Shown: positions 38,431-46,842 of the stretch, one piece after another
Layout of the letters: every line of letters starts with the position of its first letter
Position numbering within the stretch: position 1 is the first letter of the stretch
DNA from: Rhodothermales bacterium
Lineage (GTDB): Bacteria; Bacteroidota; Rhodothermia; Rhodothermales; UBA10348
Direction: 5' to 3'
NCBI GenBank assembly: GCA_028284865.1
Contig: JANQQV010000006.1
Span: forward strand, 207,775-271,774
Length of the DNA: 64,000 nucleotides
The notes under the pieces: generated by a model
Database searches by the model: none
Seen by the model: only the letters and a program-made list of their open reading frames with translations
Told to the model about the DNA's origin: nothing
Made by a program: the position numbers and the translations under genes

Positions 38431-40068
38431 ATGAAACGCCTGTTCGCCATCGCCCTTCTTGCGGCGATGTTGCCTGTAGCCACTGTCCACGCTCAGCTGG
38501 CTACGGCTGATGATGTCACCACGGAAGACTATCGCATCTACCGCAGCGATGGCACACCCGCCACCTGGCAGGATGTCTTTGATTCGCTCGGTGGTGCCGA
38601 TGTGGTTTTTGTCGGGGAATTGCACAATGACCCCGTTTCCCACTACGTCGAAGAAAGAGTGTTTGAAGGGTGGTTTGAGGCCCACGGTCATGCTGCCGCG
38701 CTCAGTCTCGAGATGTTTGCCCGCGATGTGCAGTACATCGTCGACGAATACCTGGCCGGTCACATCACGGAAAACCATTTCCAGCAGTCCAGCAGCCCCT
38801 GGTCGAATTATGAAACGGACTATCGCCCGTTGGTGGAGTTCGCTCGCGAGAATGGGCTGGCGGTGATTGCGGCCAATGCGCCGCGTCGCTATGCCAACAT
38901 GGTTTCGAGAAATGGTCGGATGGCGCTTCGCTCCCTGTCTGATCAGGCACGGAGTTACCTGGCCCCGCTTCCGTTTGCTGCGGCATCGGAGCGGTATGAA
39001 GAGCAGTGGGATCAGGTGATGGCCGAGGCAATGGCGGCGATGCGTGCTGATGCGGAAGAGGAAAGTGGACCGGCCCCTGAGATCGACAATCGGCACCACG
39101 GTGAGAGCGAAGAGATGGACCACTCGGAGATGGACCATGGAAGTATGGACCACGGCGATATGAGTCATGGCGATATGAATCATGGCGATATGAGTCATGG
39201 CGAGATGGACCACTCCGAAATGAACCACGAGGAAATGGATCATGGCGAAATGGACCATTCCGGGATGGATCACTCGGGCATGAACCACGGCGACGGTCAC
39301 GAGATGGGCGAAGGCGGCCATTCCTGCCCCAAGATGGAAGAAGGCGGCGAGTGCAAGATGATGGAAGGCGGCATGGAAGGCATGGAGCACGGTGAAGGCG
39401 GCCATTCCTGTGCGATGATGGAAGAGGGAGGCGAATGCAAGATGATGGAGGGCATGGAGGGCATGGACCACTCGGGTATGGATCACGGCGATGGCCACGA
39501 GATGGGCGAAGAAGAGATGGATCACTCAAGCATGGACCATGAGGCGATGCGCGAGATGCATCATCCTGACATGACCGACGAGGAGTACGCCAAAATGAAG
39601 GCTGAGAAGAAGGAAGGCATGAGCCACGAGGGAATGGATCACGGTGACATGGACCATGGCGACATGGACCACTCTGACATGGATCACGGCGAAATGGACC
39701 ACGGCGATATGGATCATTCGGAGATGAACCATGCTGCGCCGGCCACCCAGCCCCAACACGGCGGTGGCTCCATGCTCGACGCTCAGTCCCTGTGGGATGC
39801 CACGATGGCCTGGTCGATTGCTGAGCATATGACCCGCAATCCAGGTGCAAAGGTGGCGCACATGGTCGGCGGGTTTCACGTTGAAACCGGCACCGGCACG
39901 CCTGAGCACCTCATGCAGTACCGTCCCGGAACGCGCATGCTGATCATCTCCGTTCAGAGCGTGGACGACCCAACATCCTTTGACCTCGAAGAGCACACCG
40001 GCCTCGGCGATTTCGTCGTGCTTGGTGATGCCGCCTTACCCAGGACCTACGAGACACGGACCCGCTGA
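38431..40068 (+). CDS. Periplasmic ChaN/Tiki-fold (haem-binding-uptake family-like) protein carrying a large Met/His-rich insertion
   Basis: ORF 38185-40068. The signal peptide starts at ATG 38431 (MKRLFAIALLAAMLPVATVHAQ). ChaN-like blocks are VVFVGELHNDPVSH, LSLEMF and AANAPRR, with the C-terminal block DATMAWSIAEH...GGFHVE. The two halves are separated by ~240 aa of repeats. Confidence 0.75.
   Translation: MKRLFAIALLAAMLPVATVHAQLATADDVTTEDYRIYRSDGTPATWQDVFDSLGGADVVFVGELHNDPVSHYVEERVFEGWFEAHGHAAALSLEMFARDVQYIVDEYLAGHITENHFQQSSSPWSNYETDYRPLVEFARENGLAVIAANAPRRYANMVSRNGRMALRSLSDQARSYLAPLPFAAASERYEEQWDQVMAEAMAAMRADAEEESGPAPEIDNRHHGESEEMDHSEMDHGSMDHGDMSHGDMNHGDMSHGEMDHSEMNHEEMDHGEMDHSGMDHSGMNHGDGHEMGEGGHSCPKMEEGGECKMMEGGMEGMEHGEGGHSCAMMEEGGECKMMEGMEGMDHSGMDHGDGHEMGEEEMDHSSMDHEAMREMHHPDMTDEEYAKMKAEKKEGMSHEGMDHGDMDHGDMDHSDMDHGEMDHGDMDHSEMNHAAPATQPQHGGGSMLDAQSLWDATMAWSIAEHMTRNPGAKVAHMVGGFHVETGTGTPEHLMQYRPGTRMLIISVQSVDDPTSFDLEEHTGLGDFVVLGDAALPRTYETRTR
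39046..39771 (+). repeat. In-frame coding repeat region: about two dozen M-[DNS]-H-[GSE]-x pentapeptide units and two duplicated CX8C cassettes
   Basis: Translation: EEMDHSEMDHGSMDHGDMSHGDMNHGDMSHGEMDHSEMNH...GGHSCPKMEEGGECKMMEG...GGHSCAMMEEGGECKMMEG...MDHGDMDHGDMDHSDMDHGEMDHGDMDHSEMNH. Imperfect DNA-level duplications lie around 39268-39372 and 39391-39511. Confidence 0.85.
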
Positions 40069-40089
40069 TCAACCTAGGAGACCCGTCCC

Positions 40090-41793
40090 ATGCAACGTAT
40101 TGCAACACTCCTGACCGTCCTGGCTGCCATTCTCATCATCAATGGATGCGGCAGCTCATCTACCGAATTCGAATGTGCCGCATTCCTGGCCGAAGAGGGA
40201 TCCATGATTCAGATTGATGTCGATATGACGGAAGGAAGCGACTACGGTCGCGAACTGCTGTCTCAGTACACGTCTTTTGAGCTGACAACGGACCTCAGCG
40301 TGCTCAGCGAGAACGAGTGCCGGATGCTGCCACACCTGTTTGCTGCTGGAGATCAGATGGAATCCATCTTCTGGAAGCAGGCCTATGGCGACCGGGATGC
40401 GCTGCTCGCATCGATCGATGATCCAGCGCTGCGCGAGTATGCCAAGATCAACTACGGACCATGGGATCGCATTGGTGGAAACGCCCCGTTCATTGATGGC
40501 GTCGGCGACAAGCCGGCGGGCGCCAACATGTATCCGCGTGACATGACGCGCGAAGAGTTTGAAGCAGCAGCGGCTGCGGATCCGACGCTTGCCGACCTCT
40601 ACACCGTGGTAGTGCGCGATGCGGATGAAACGCTGAAGGCTATTCCGTACCACGAAGCGTTCGCCGAGGAAATGCAGCGGGCCTCTGAAGAGCTGCTGGC
40701 CGCTGCCGAGTATGCCGATGACCCCGGTTTGAAGGAGTACCTGACGCTTCGAGCAGAAGCCCTGCTGACGTCGGACTACCAGGCCAGCGACATGGCTTGG
40801 ATGGACATGAAGAACAACCGGATCGAAGTCGTGGTCGGTCCAATCGAGACGTACGAAGACGCTCTGTTCGGCTACAAGGCCGCTGCGGAAACGTTTGTGC
40901 TCGTCAAGGACATGTCCTGGAGCGAACGCCTTTCCCGCTACGCTCAGCTGCTTCCTGCTCTCCAGGAAGGATTGCCCGTTCCGGACGAATACAAGCAGGA
41001 AACACCAGGCACAGACTCTGACCTGAACGCCTACGACGCCATTTACTATGCCGGCGATACAAACGCGGGCTCCAAGACTATCGCGATCAACCTGCCCAAC
41101 GATGAGGAAGTCCAGCTGGCCAAGGGCACGCGCCGCCTTCAGCTGAAGAATTCGATGCAGGCCAAGTTCGACAAGATCCTGGTGCCGATTTCCGAGGTAC
41201 TGATTGCTGAGGACCAGCGTGAGTTCATCACGTTTGACGCCTTCTTCGGCAACACGATGTTCCACGAGGTCGCGCATGGATTGGGCATCAAGAACACGCT
41301 CGATGGGTCCAATACGGTCCGCGGCGCCCTGAAAGAGCATGCTTCAGCCCTTGAAGAAGGGAAAGCCGACATCCTGGGGCTCTACATGGTTTCCGAGCTG
41401 ATGGATTCTGGCGAACTGGAAGGAGACATCCGCGACAACATGGTGACCTTCCTGGCGGGCATCTTCCGAAGCGTTCGGTTCGGGGCTTCGAGCGCGCATG
41501 GCCGCGCCAACATGATCCGCTTCAACTACTTCCTGGAGATGGGCGCTTTCACCCGCGATGAGGCGACCGGTACGTACAGCGCTGACTACGACAAGATGAT
41601 CGAAGCCATGAATGCGCTCACGGAGAAGATTCTTCGCTTCCAGGGTGATGGGGACTACGAAGGAGTCGCAGCATTCGTGGAAGAGTATGCGCGCGTACCG
41701 CAGCAGCTTCAGACCGATCTGGATCGACTCGCTGATGCCGGGATACCCGTCGATATCGTGTTCGAACAAGGTCTTGCCGTCGTAGGACGATGA
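40090..41793 (+). CDS. Zinc metallopeptidase-like lipoprotein (DPP3/M49-like)
   Basis: 567 aa. Lipobox ILIINGCGS. HExxH (FHEVAHGLG) followed by EEGKADILG, reminiscent of the second M49 motif. Family assignment is tentative. Confidence 0.65.
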   Translation: MQRIATLLTVLAAILIINGCGSSSTEFECAAFLAEEGSMIQIDVDMTEGSDYGRELLSQYTSFELTTDLSVLSENECRMLPHLFAAGDQMESIFWKQAYGDRDALLASIDDPALREYAKINYGPWDRIGGNAPFIDGVGDKPAGANMYPRDMTREEFEAAAAADPTLADLYTVVVRDADETLKAIPYHEAFAEEMQRASEELLAAAEYADDPGLKEYLTLRAEALLTSDYQASDMAWMDMKNNRIEVVVGPIETYEDALFGYKAAAETFVLVKDMSWSERLSRYAQLLPALQEGLPVPDEYKQETPGTDSDLNAYDAIYYAGDTNAGSKTIAINLPNDEEVQLAKGTRRLQLKNSMQAKFDKILVPISEVLIAEDQREFITFDAFFGNTMFHEVAHGLGIKNTLDGSNTVRGALKEHASALEEGKADILGLYMVSELMDSGELEGDIRDNMVTFLAGIFRSVRFGASSAHGRANMIRFNYFLEMGAFTRDEATGTYSADYDKMIEAMNALTEKILRFQGDGDYEGVAAFVEEYARVPQQLQTDLDRLADAGIPVDIVFEQGLAVVGR

Positions 41794-42347
41794 ATCGTGG
41801 TCTCACAGCTGCGCTGATACTCTTCGTTATCTTTGCGACGGGTTGTCAGTCGCAGACCGAACAGGTTGATACGGGGCCGGCCGGAACGGCCGGCCCCGAC
41901 CCCGTTTGGACATCAACGCATGATGTGGCTTGGGACATCGTTGCGGCGTCTGATTTCGTGACGCTGATCACCCTCGACGCAGCGGGCCAACCGCAAGCGC
42001 GCATGCTGGAAGCCATCCCGCCTGATTCGGGTCAGTTCAACGTGTGGATGGGGACGAACGTGAACAGCGCCAAGGTGCAGGAAATCAATAACGACCCGCG
42101 CGCCACACTCTACTACCAAAGACGCGACAACTCCGGGTATGTCACGTTACGCGGCCGCGCGGACATCGTGGATGATCCTGTGCTGAAGGAGAAGTACTGG
42201 CGGCCTCACTGGACCGCATTCTACCCGGATCCCGAGACCATGTACGTCCTGATCCACTTCACACCCGAGAACGGAGAAGTAGTGAGTCTCTCTCAGGGGA
42301 TTCGGGGCGACTCACTGACCTGGGCCGCCCCCGAATTTGGGTTCTGA
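41790..42347 (+). CDS. Pyridoxamine 5'-phosphate oxidase-fold (split-barrel, general stress protein 26-like) lipoprotein
   Basis: 185 aa. Its ATG overlaps the upstream stop (ATGA). Lipobox IFATGCQS. PNPOx-family pattern ...ATLYYQRRDNSGYVTLRGRADIVDDPVLKEKYW. Confidence 0.75.
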   Translation: MNRGLTAALILFVIFATGCQSQTEQVDTGPAGTAGPDPVWTSTHDVAWDIVAASDFVTLITLDAAGQPQARMLEAIPPDSGQFNVWMGTNVNSAKVQEINNDPRATLYYQRRDNSGYVTLRGRADIVDDPVLKEKYWRPHWTAFYPDPETMYVLIHFTPENGEVVSLSQGIRGDSLTWAAPEFGF

Positions 42348-42499
42348 CCTGCCCAAGACGCGCGCCTGACGATCGATCGAGTCTGCTGAAAGCACCGGTA
42401 TTCCACAGGGCTTTCACAGGATCTGCTGCAACGGAAATCGACCCTGATCAACTGAAAAAGGAGATCTAGAGACAACAGCACGAACGACTGAACGCAGAC

Positions 42500-42925
42500 A
42501 TGGATAAGCAGACGCTGATCGATAACCTCAATGACGACCTTGCCGGTGAACTGGGAGCCATCATCCAGTACATCACCTATGCGGCCAAAGCGACTGGACC
42601 GTTTCGCCCGCAACTCGCTGCCTTTTTTCTGGAAGAAGTAGCCGACGAGCAGGGCCATGCCCAGTATCTGGCCAACAAGATTGTTGCCCTGGGTGGTGAG
42701 CCAACAACCGTTCCGCGTCCCGTTCCAGAGGCCAACACCAATCGTGAGATGCTGGAGCGTGTACTGGATGCCGAGCGCCAAGCATTGGCAGCTTATGCCG
42801 AGCGCGCGCAGCAAGCAGATGCCTATGGCGATAAAGGGCTCGCCGTTCAGCTGGAGGACATGGTCCGTGACGAAAGTGGTCACGCTGAAGAGACGGAGCG
42901 CATTCTTACCGACTGGCCGCTTTAG
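42500..42925 (+). CDS. Ferritin-like di-iron four-helix-bundle protein (bacterioferritin-related)
   Basis: 141 aa. Two E...ExxH pairs (GELGAI / EQGHAQ and ERQAL / ESGHAEE). Confidence 0.8.
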   Translation: MDKQTLIDNLNDDLAGELGAIIQYITYAAKATGPFRPQLAAFFLEEVADEQGHAQYLANKIVALGGEPTTVPRPVPEANTNREMLERVLDAERQALAAYAERAQQADAYGDKGLAVQLEDMVRDESGHAEETERILTDWPL

Positions 42926-43038
42926 GCCCATGATGCCACCGGCTGATCGAGGGGATAATTTCTGAAGGCCTTGAGTAGGGGCTTTCGTGGGTCGGGTGGT
43001 TGTAGATTCCACGCACCTCGAATTCAGCCCCACGAAAG

Positions 43039-43941
43039 ATGTCCATCCGATTGCTAGTCGCGGCCGTGCTTGCCGCCGTACTTCTGGCCCCGACCGCTGA
43101 AGCGCAATTCCTGGGTCCAGCCGACTTCGACTTCCCGGAAATTGAGGAGTCCGAGCGCATTCCATACGGAGAGGATCCTTTGCAATGGGGCGTACTGCGC
43201 ATCCCTGACGGTGAAGGTCCTCATCCGGTCGTGGTGATGATGCACGGTGGCTGTTGGGTGGGATTGCATCGTCCTCGGAATGTAGAACCACTTATGGATG
43301 CCCTAACCGAGCGTGGGTGGGCTACCTGGAGTATTTCTCATCGGCAGGCCGTGGACGAGGGAGGAGGTTGGACGGGCACGTTTGAGGATGTTGGTCTCGG
43401 TGTTGATTTCGTTCGTGATCTTGCGGAGTTCTTCGACCTGGACCCCTCGCGGGTCGTGACCATGGGTCACTCGGCCGGCGCGCACCTGGCTCTCTGGGCA
43501 GCGGGACGGAGAGGATATACTCCTGAGGACGAGCTGTTCATGGCCGACCCGCTACCCCTGGCTGGTGCCGTCAGTCTCGGTGGCATTGCGGATTTGCGCG
43601 CCCACGTGGCACAGGAGGTCAACCCATGCGGAGAAGCAGTTTTTCAATTGATGGATGAGCGACCGGAGCAGCTGCCCGCTCGGTATGCCGAAGCTTCTCC
43701 TGCAGAACGATTGCCGCTTGGCGTCCCGCAACTGTTTCTGCACGGGAGGCAGGACTATGTCATCCCATGGGAGCAGATCACGGACTACGCAGAAACTGCC
43801 ACCGCCTCAGGCGACGAAGTGCAGGTGCACTTTTTTGAGGAAGCCAGCCATTTCGAGGTGATCGCTCCCACATCAGAGGCCTGGCAGAATGAAATCGGGC
43901 CGGCGCTGATGGCCTGGTTGGAGAGTGTCGGGGAGAACTAG
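43039..43941 (+). CDS. Secreted alpha/beta hydrolase (esterase/lipase-type)
   Basis: 300 aa. Signal peptide, oxyanion HGGCW, and nucleophile elbow GHSAGAHLA. Confidence 0.85.
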   Translation: MSIRLLVAAVLAAVLLAPTAEAQFLGPADFDFPEIEESERIPYGEDPLQWGVLRIPDGEGPHPVVVMMHGGCWVGLHRPRNVEPLMDALTERGWATWSISHRQAVDEGGGWTGTFEDVGLGVDFVRDLAEFFDLDPSRVVTMGHSAGAHLALWAAGRRGYTPEDELFMADPLPLAGAVSLGGIADLRAHVAQEVNPCGEAVFQLMDERPEQLPARYAEASPAERLPLGVPQLFLHGRQDYVIPWEQITDYAETATASGDEVQVHFFEEASHFEVIAPTSEAWQNEIGPALMAWLESVGEN

Positions 43942-44105
43942 GTGGCGCTTCGCGTCCACTATGATGTTGGGTCCCAGGCGAATCTGGGACCTCCATGAAA
44001 ATGTGAATCCGAAGGCTTAAGGTTTGCATCGGACGGTCGATACCTGACGGGCGAGGTGTCCCCTTTGAGGGGCATCACCCTCATTCTGCAGCCCTCAGAA
44101 CGACC

Positions 44106-44375
44106 ATGAGAATTGACGAACACGCTCTTGCCGGATATCTCTCCGGTGAATTGAACGAAGCACAGCGCTCTGAAGTCACGAGCGCCCTGATCCGTGACCG
44201 CAGCATGCGTGATTGGTTGGCCATGGCCACCGAAGCATTGGCTGCAGCCAAAGCCGGCGAGTCCGAAGGCATCATGTCGCGCTTCGTGGACCGCATGGAG
44301 CCGTCCCGTCCGGGCGTTCGTCGCGAAGACCGTCGCGCAGTCCCGAACCCGTTTCGTACGCGCCGCGTCGGCTGA
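44106..44375 (+). CDS. Small protein resembling the N-terminus of an anti-sigma factor (orphan)
   Basis: 89 aa. LAGYLSGELNEAQRSEV is the usual anti-sigma opening, but there is no TM segment and no adjacent sigma gene. The overlapping 216-aa minus ORF is Arg-rich and looks like a shadow ORF. Confidence 0.4.
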   Translation: MRIDEHALAGYLSGELNEAQRSEVTSALIRDRSMRDWLAMATEALAAAKAGESEGIMSRFVDRMEPSRPGVRREDRRAVPNPFRTRRVG

Positions 44376-44443
44376 CACACTTTTGTAATCCCAGCGCGTT
44401 GGCGGTGATTCACCGCTGATGCAGACCCATTGGGGGCTTGCAC

Positions 44444-44490
44444 GGGCGCGGGGTCGTGAGAAATCACGACTCCGCGCCCGCTTGCGTTTC
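44444..44490 (+). terminator. Strong hairpin (16 bp with one G.U) downstream of the small ORF
   Basis: GGGCGCGGGGTCGTGA-GAAA-TCACGACTCCGCGCCC followed by GCTTGCGTTTC. Confidence 0.5.
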
Positions 44491-44494
44491 AGGA

Positions 44495-44598
44495 GACGTC
44501 GAAGGACAAAGGGGGAAGACGTCGGGAGAATGATGTTGGGCGAATGACGTGGGCGACTGATGTCGGGCAAAAGCGTCGGTCGAAAGACGCGGAATGGC
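44495..44598. repeat. Degenerate 13-14-nt tandem array (about 6 units, consensus GAYGTYGGGCGAAT) upstream of htpG
   Basis: Direct reading: GACGTCGGGAGAAT/GATGTTGGGCGAAT/GACGTGGGCGACT/GATGTCGGGCAAAA/GCGTCGGTCGAAA/GACGCGGAATGG, preceded by a looser GACGTCGAAGG unit. Confidence 0.7.
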
Positions 44599-44735
44599 GC
44601 CCAGCGCACTTGGACTTAGAGGCTTGTTCACGGAACAAACACCCCGGAAAAGCCAAAAAACGGGCATGATGGCGCTACCGCTCATGAGAGCGCGAAGGCG
44701 CGTCCACCTGTTTCAACCGAATCCACCCGCTGACC

Positions 44736-46622
44736 ATGGCTGACGAAACCACTCCACAGGCCGCCCCAGAGGTTCACGAGTTCAAGGCAGAGATGAAGCA
44801 GCTGCTTCATCTGATCATCCACTCGCTCTACACCCACGAGGAGATCTTCCTGCGCGAGCTGATCTCGAACGCAAGCGATGCCCTCAACAAGATCCGATTC
44901 CGCATGCTGACGGATCGGGACGTGGTCGATGCTGATGCCGAACAGCGCATCACCATAAAGCTGGACAAGAATGAGAATACCCTGACGCTGACCGACACCG
45001 GCGTTGGGATGACGAAGGACGACTTACTCAAGCGCATCGGGACCGTGGCGTCGTCCGGTACGCTCGAATTCGTACAGGAGCTCAAGAAACAGGACGGCCC
45101 GGTTGACGCGAGCATGATCGGCCAATTCGGTGTGGGTTTCTACTCGGCTTTCATGGTGGCCGACACTATCACCATCGACACGCGCCACGCCGACCAGGAC
45201 TCAACGGGACTGCGTTGGACCAGTGACGGAGGAGCATCTTTCTCGATCGAAGAGACGGATCGAACGGAGCGTGGAACGACCATCACCCTTCACCTCAAGG
45301 AGGACAAAGGCGAGTTTGCCGAGGAGTGGCGCGTCAAAAGCATCATCCGCAAGTACTCCAACTTCGTCGACTTCCCGGTTTTCGTCGAGGACGAGCGGGT
45401 GAACACGGTCGATGCGCTCTGGCACAAGAGCAAGTCGGAGATCACGGACGAACAGCTGACCGAGTTCTACAAGTTCGTCTCCAACGACATGGAGGAGCCG
45501 CTCGGGCACTTGCAGCTGAGCCTCGAAGGGGTTGTCAGCTTCAAGGCGCTGCTCTTCATTCCGAAGAAGGCGCCTCGCGGCATGTTCCAGGACGATTACA
45601 AGTACGGCGTGCATCTGTACTCGACGAAGGTCTTCATCCAGGATGACGCCAAGAACCTGTTGCCCGAGTGGTGCCGGTTCGTGAAAGGCGTCGTGGATAC
45701 GGAGGATCTCCCTCTCAACGTCTCCCGCGAGGTGACGCAGAATAGCCCCGTTCTGGCCAAGATCCGAAAGATCCTGACCAGCAAGATCCTGGGAATGCTC
45801 GAGAGCTGGGCGGAGAGCGAAGCCGAGAAGTTCGCCACATTCTCGAAGGAGTTCGGCCCTTTGTTCAAGTCGGGCATTCAGTTCGAATTTGAGCATCGCG
45901 ACCAGATGATCGACCTCTTCCGGTTTGGGTCCTCTATCAAAGAATCGGGTGAATGGACCGGTTTTGGTGCGTATGCCGATCGCATGCCCTCAGACCAGGA
46001 GAAGATCTACTACGTCCTGGCTGACGGCCGGGACGCGGCACTCCGCAACCCCAACATGGAGTACTTCCGGGCGAATGACATCGAGGTCCTATTGATGACC
46101 GAACCCGTCGATGCCTTCATCATGCCGTCGATCCCCAAGTACAAGGACTACGATCTCGTCAGCATCGAATCGTCCGATCTGAAGCTGGACAAGAAGAAGG
46201 GCGGGCTGAAGAAAGGGGAGACCAAGAAGCTGATCGCCCGCTTCAAGGATGTTCTGGGCGATCGGGTCGAAGACGTGCGAGCCTCGGATCGTCTGGTGGA
46301 CTCGGCCGTGACCCTGGTCACCGGCTCATCGGGAATGGATGCTCAGATGGAGCGGATGATGAAGATGATGGATGAGTCCTTCGCGGGCAGCAAGAAAGTG
46401 CTCGAAGTGAACACGGCCCATCCGCTCGTCAAGAACCTCTCTGTTTTGGGCGAACAGGCCGAGGCAGACGGTCGCATCAGCGACGCCATTGAACAGCTCT
46501 ACGAAGGAGCGCTTCTGCTCGAAGGTTCGCTGGAAAACCCAGCTGACTTTGTGCGTCGCATGACGGCGTTCATGGAGCAGTCCACGGCCACACCGGAGTA
46601 TTCGACGGGAGACGAGGACTGA
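44736..46622 (+). CDS. htpG: Molecular chaperone HtpG (Hsp90)
   Basis: 628 aa. FLRELISNASDALNKIR and GQFGVGFYS motifs. Confidence 0.97.
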   Translation: MADETTPQAAPEVHEFKAEMKQLLHLIIHSLYTHEEIFLRELISNASDALNKIRFRMLTDRDVVDADAEQRITIKLDKNENTLTLTDTGVGMTKDDLLKRIGTVASSGTLEFVQELKKQDGPVDASMIGQFGVGFYSAFMVADTITIDTRHADQDSTGLRWTSDGGASFSIEETDRTERGTTITLHLKEDKGEFAEEWRVKSIIRKYSNFVDFPVFVEDERVNTVDALWHKSKSEITDEQLTEFYKFVSNDMEEPLGHLQLSLEGVVSFKALLFIPKKAPRGMFQDDYKYGVHLYSTKVFIQDDAKNLLPEWCRFVKGVVDTEDLPLNVSREVTQNSPVLAKIRKILTSKILGMLESWAESEAEKFATFSKEFGPLFKSGIQFEFEHRDQMIDLFRFGSSIKESGEWTGFGAYADRMPSDQEKIYYVLADGRDAALRNPNMEYFRANDIEVLLMTEPVDAFIMPSIPKYKDYDLVSIESSDLKLDKKKGGLKKGETKKLIARFKDVLGDRVEDVRASDRLVDSAVTLVTGSSGMDAQMERMMKMMDESFAGSKKVLEVNTAHPLVKNLSVLGEQAEADGRISDAIEQLYEGALLLEGSLENPADFVRRMTAFMEQSTATPEYSTGDED

Positions 46623-46842
46623 CGCACATTGCCATGGGTTTTCTCCCTACCTCGAACAGGGTGTTGGAAGGGCAGGAGTCTTTACAAAACCGTAATCCGA
46701 TCCTCGACGCAGGCGCCAACTGAATAACACTGACGTAACACGATAGCTCTACCCTGGCGGCACTTGAGCGGTTGAAGTGATTCATGGCTGATCCAGCTGT
46801 GTTCACAAGGCCAACATCCCATCCCGCAACTGGAGAGCTATT

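Noticed and set aside
38170-39525. 451-aa His/Ala/Val-rich ORF on the minus strand (HLAMTHIAMIHIAMTHIAVVH...)
   Set aside because: It is the mirror image of the ATGGACCAC-type repeats in the ChaN-like gene. The repeats simply lack stop codons in the antisense frame. It has no signal, no motifs, and it overlaps the 3' end of the helicase gene.
42293-43291. 332-aa minus-strand ORF crossing two genes and two intergenic regions
   Set aside because: It overlaps the ferritin-like gene and the hydrolase start on the opposite strand. It is Arg/Ser/Pro-rich, and the plus-strand genes have clear motifs.
46623-46842. TPP or cobalamin riboswitch upstream of the TonB-dependent receptor
   Set aside because: CTGATCCAGCTG superficially resembles the TPP ACCUGAUCUGG element. 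However, the CUGAGA and GGGG...ACCC elements and the B12-box (GCCACUG) are absent.
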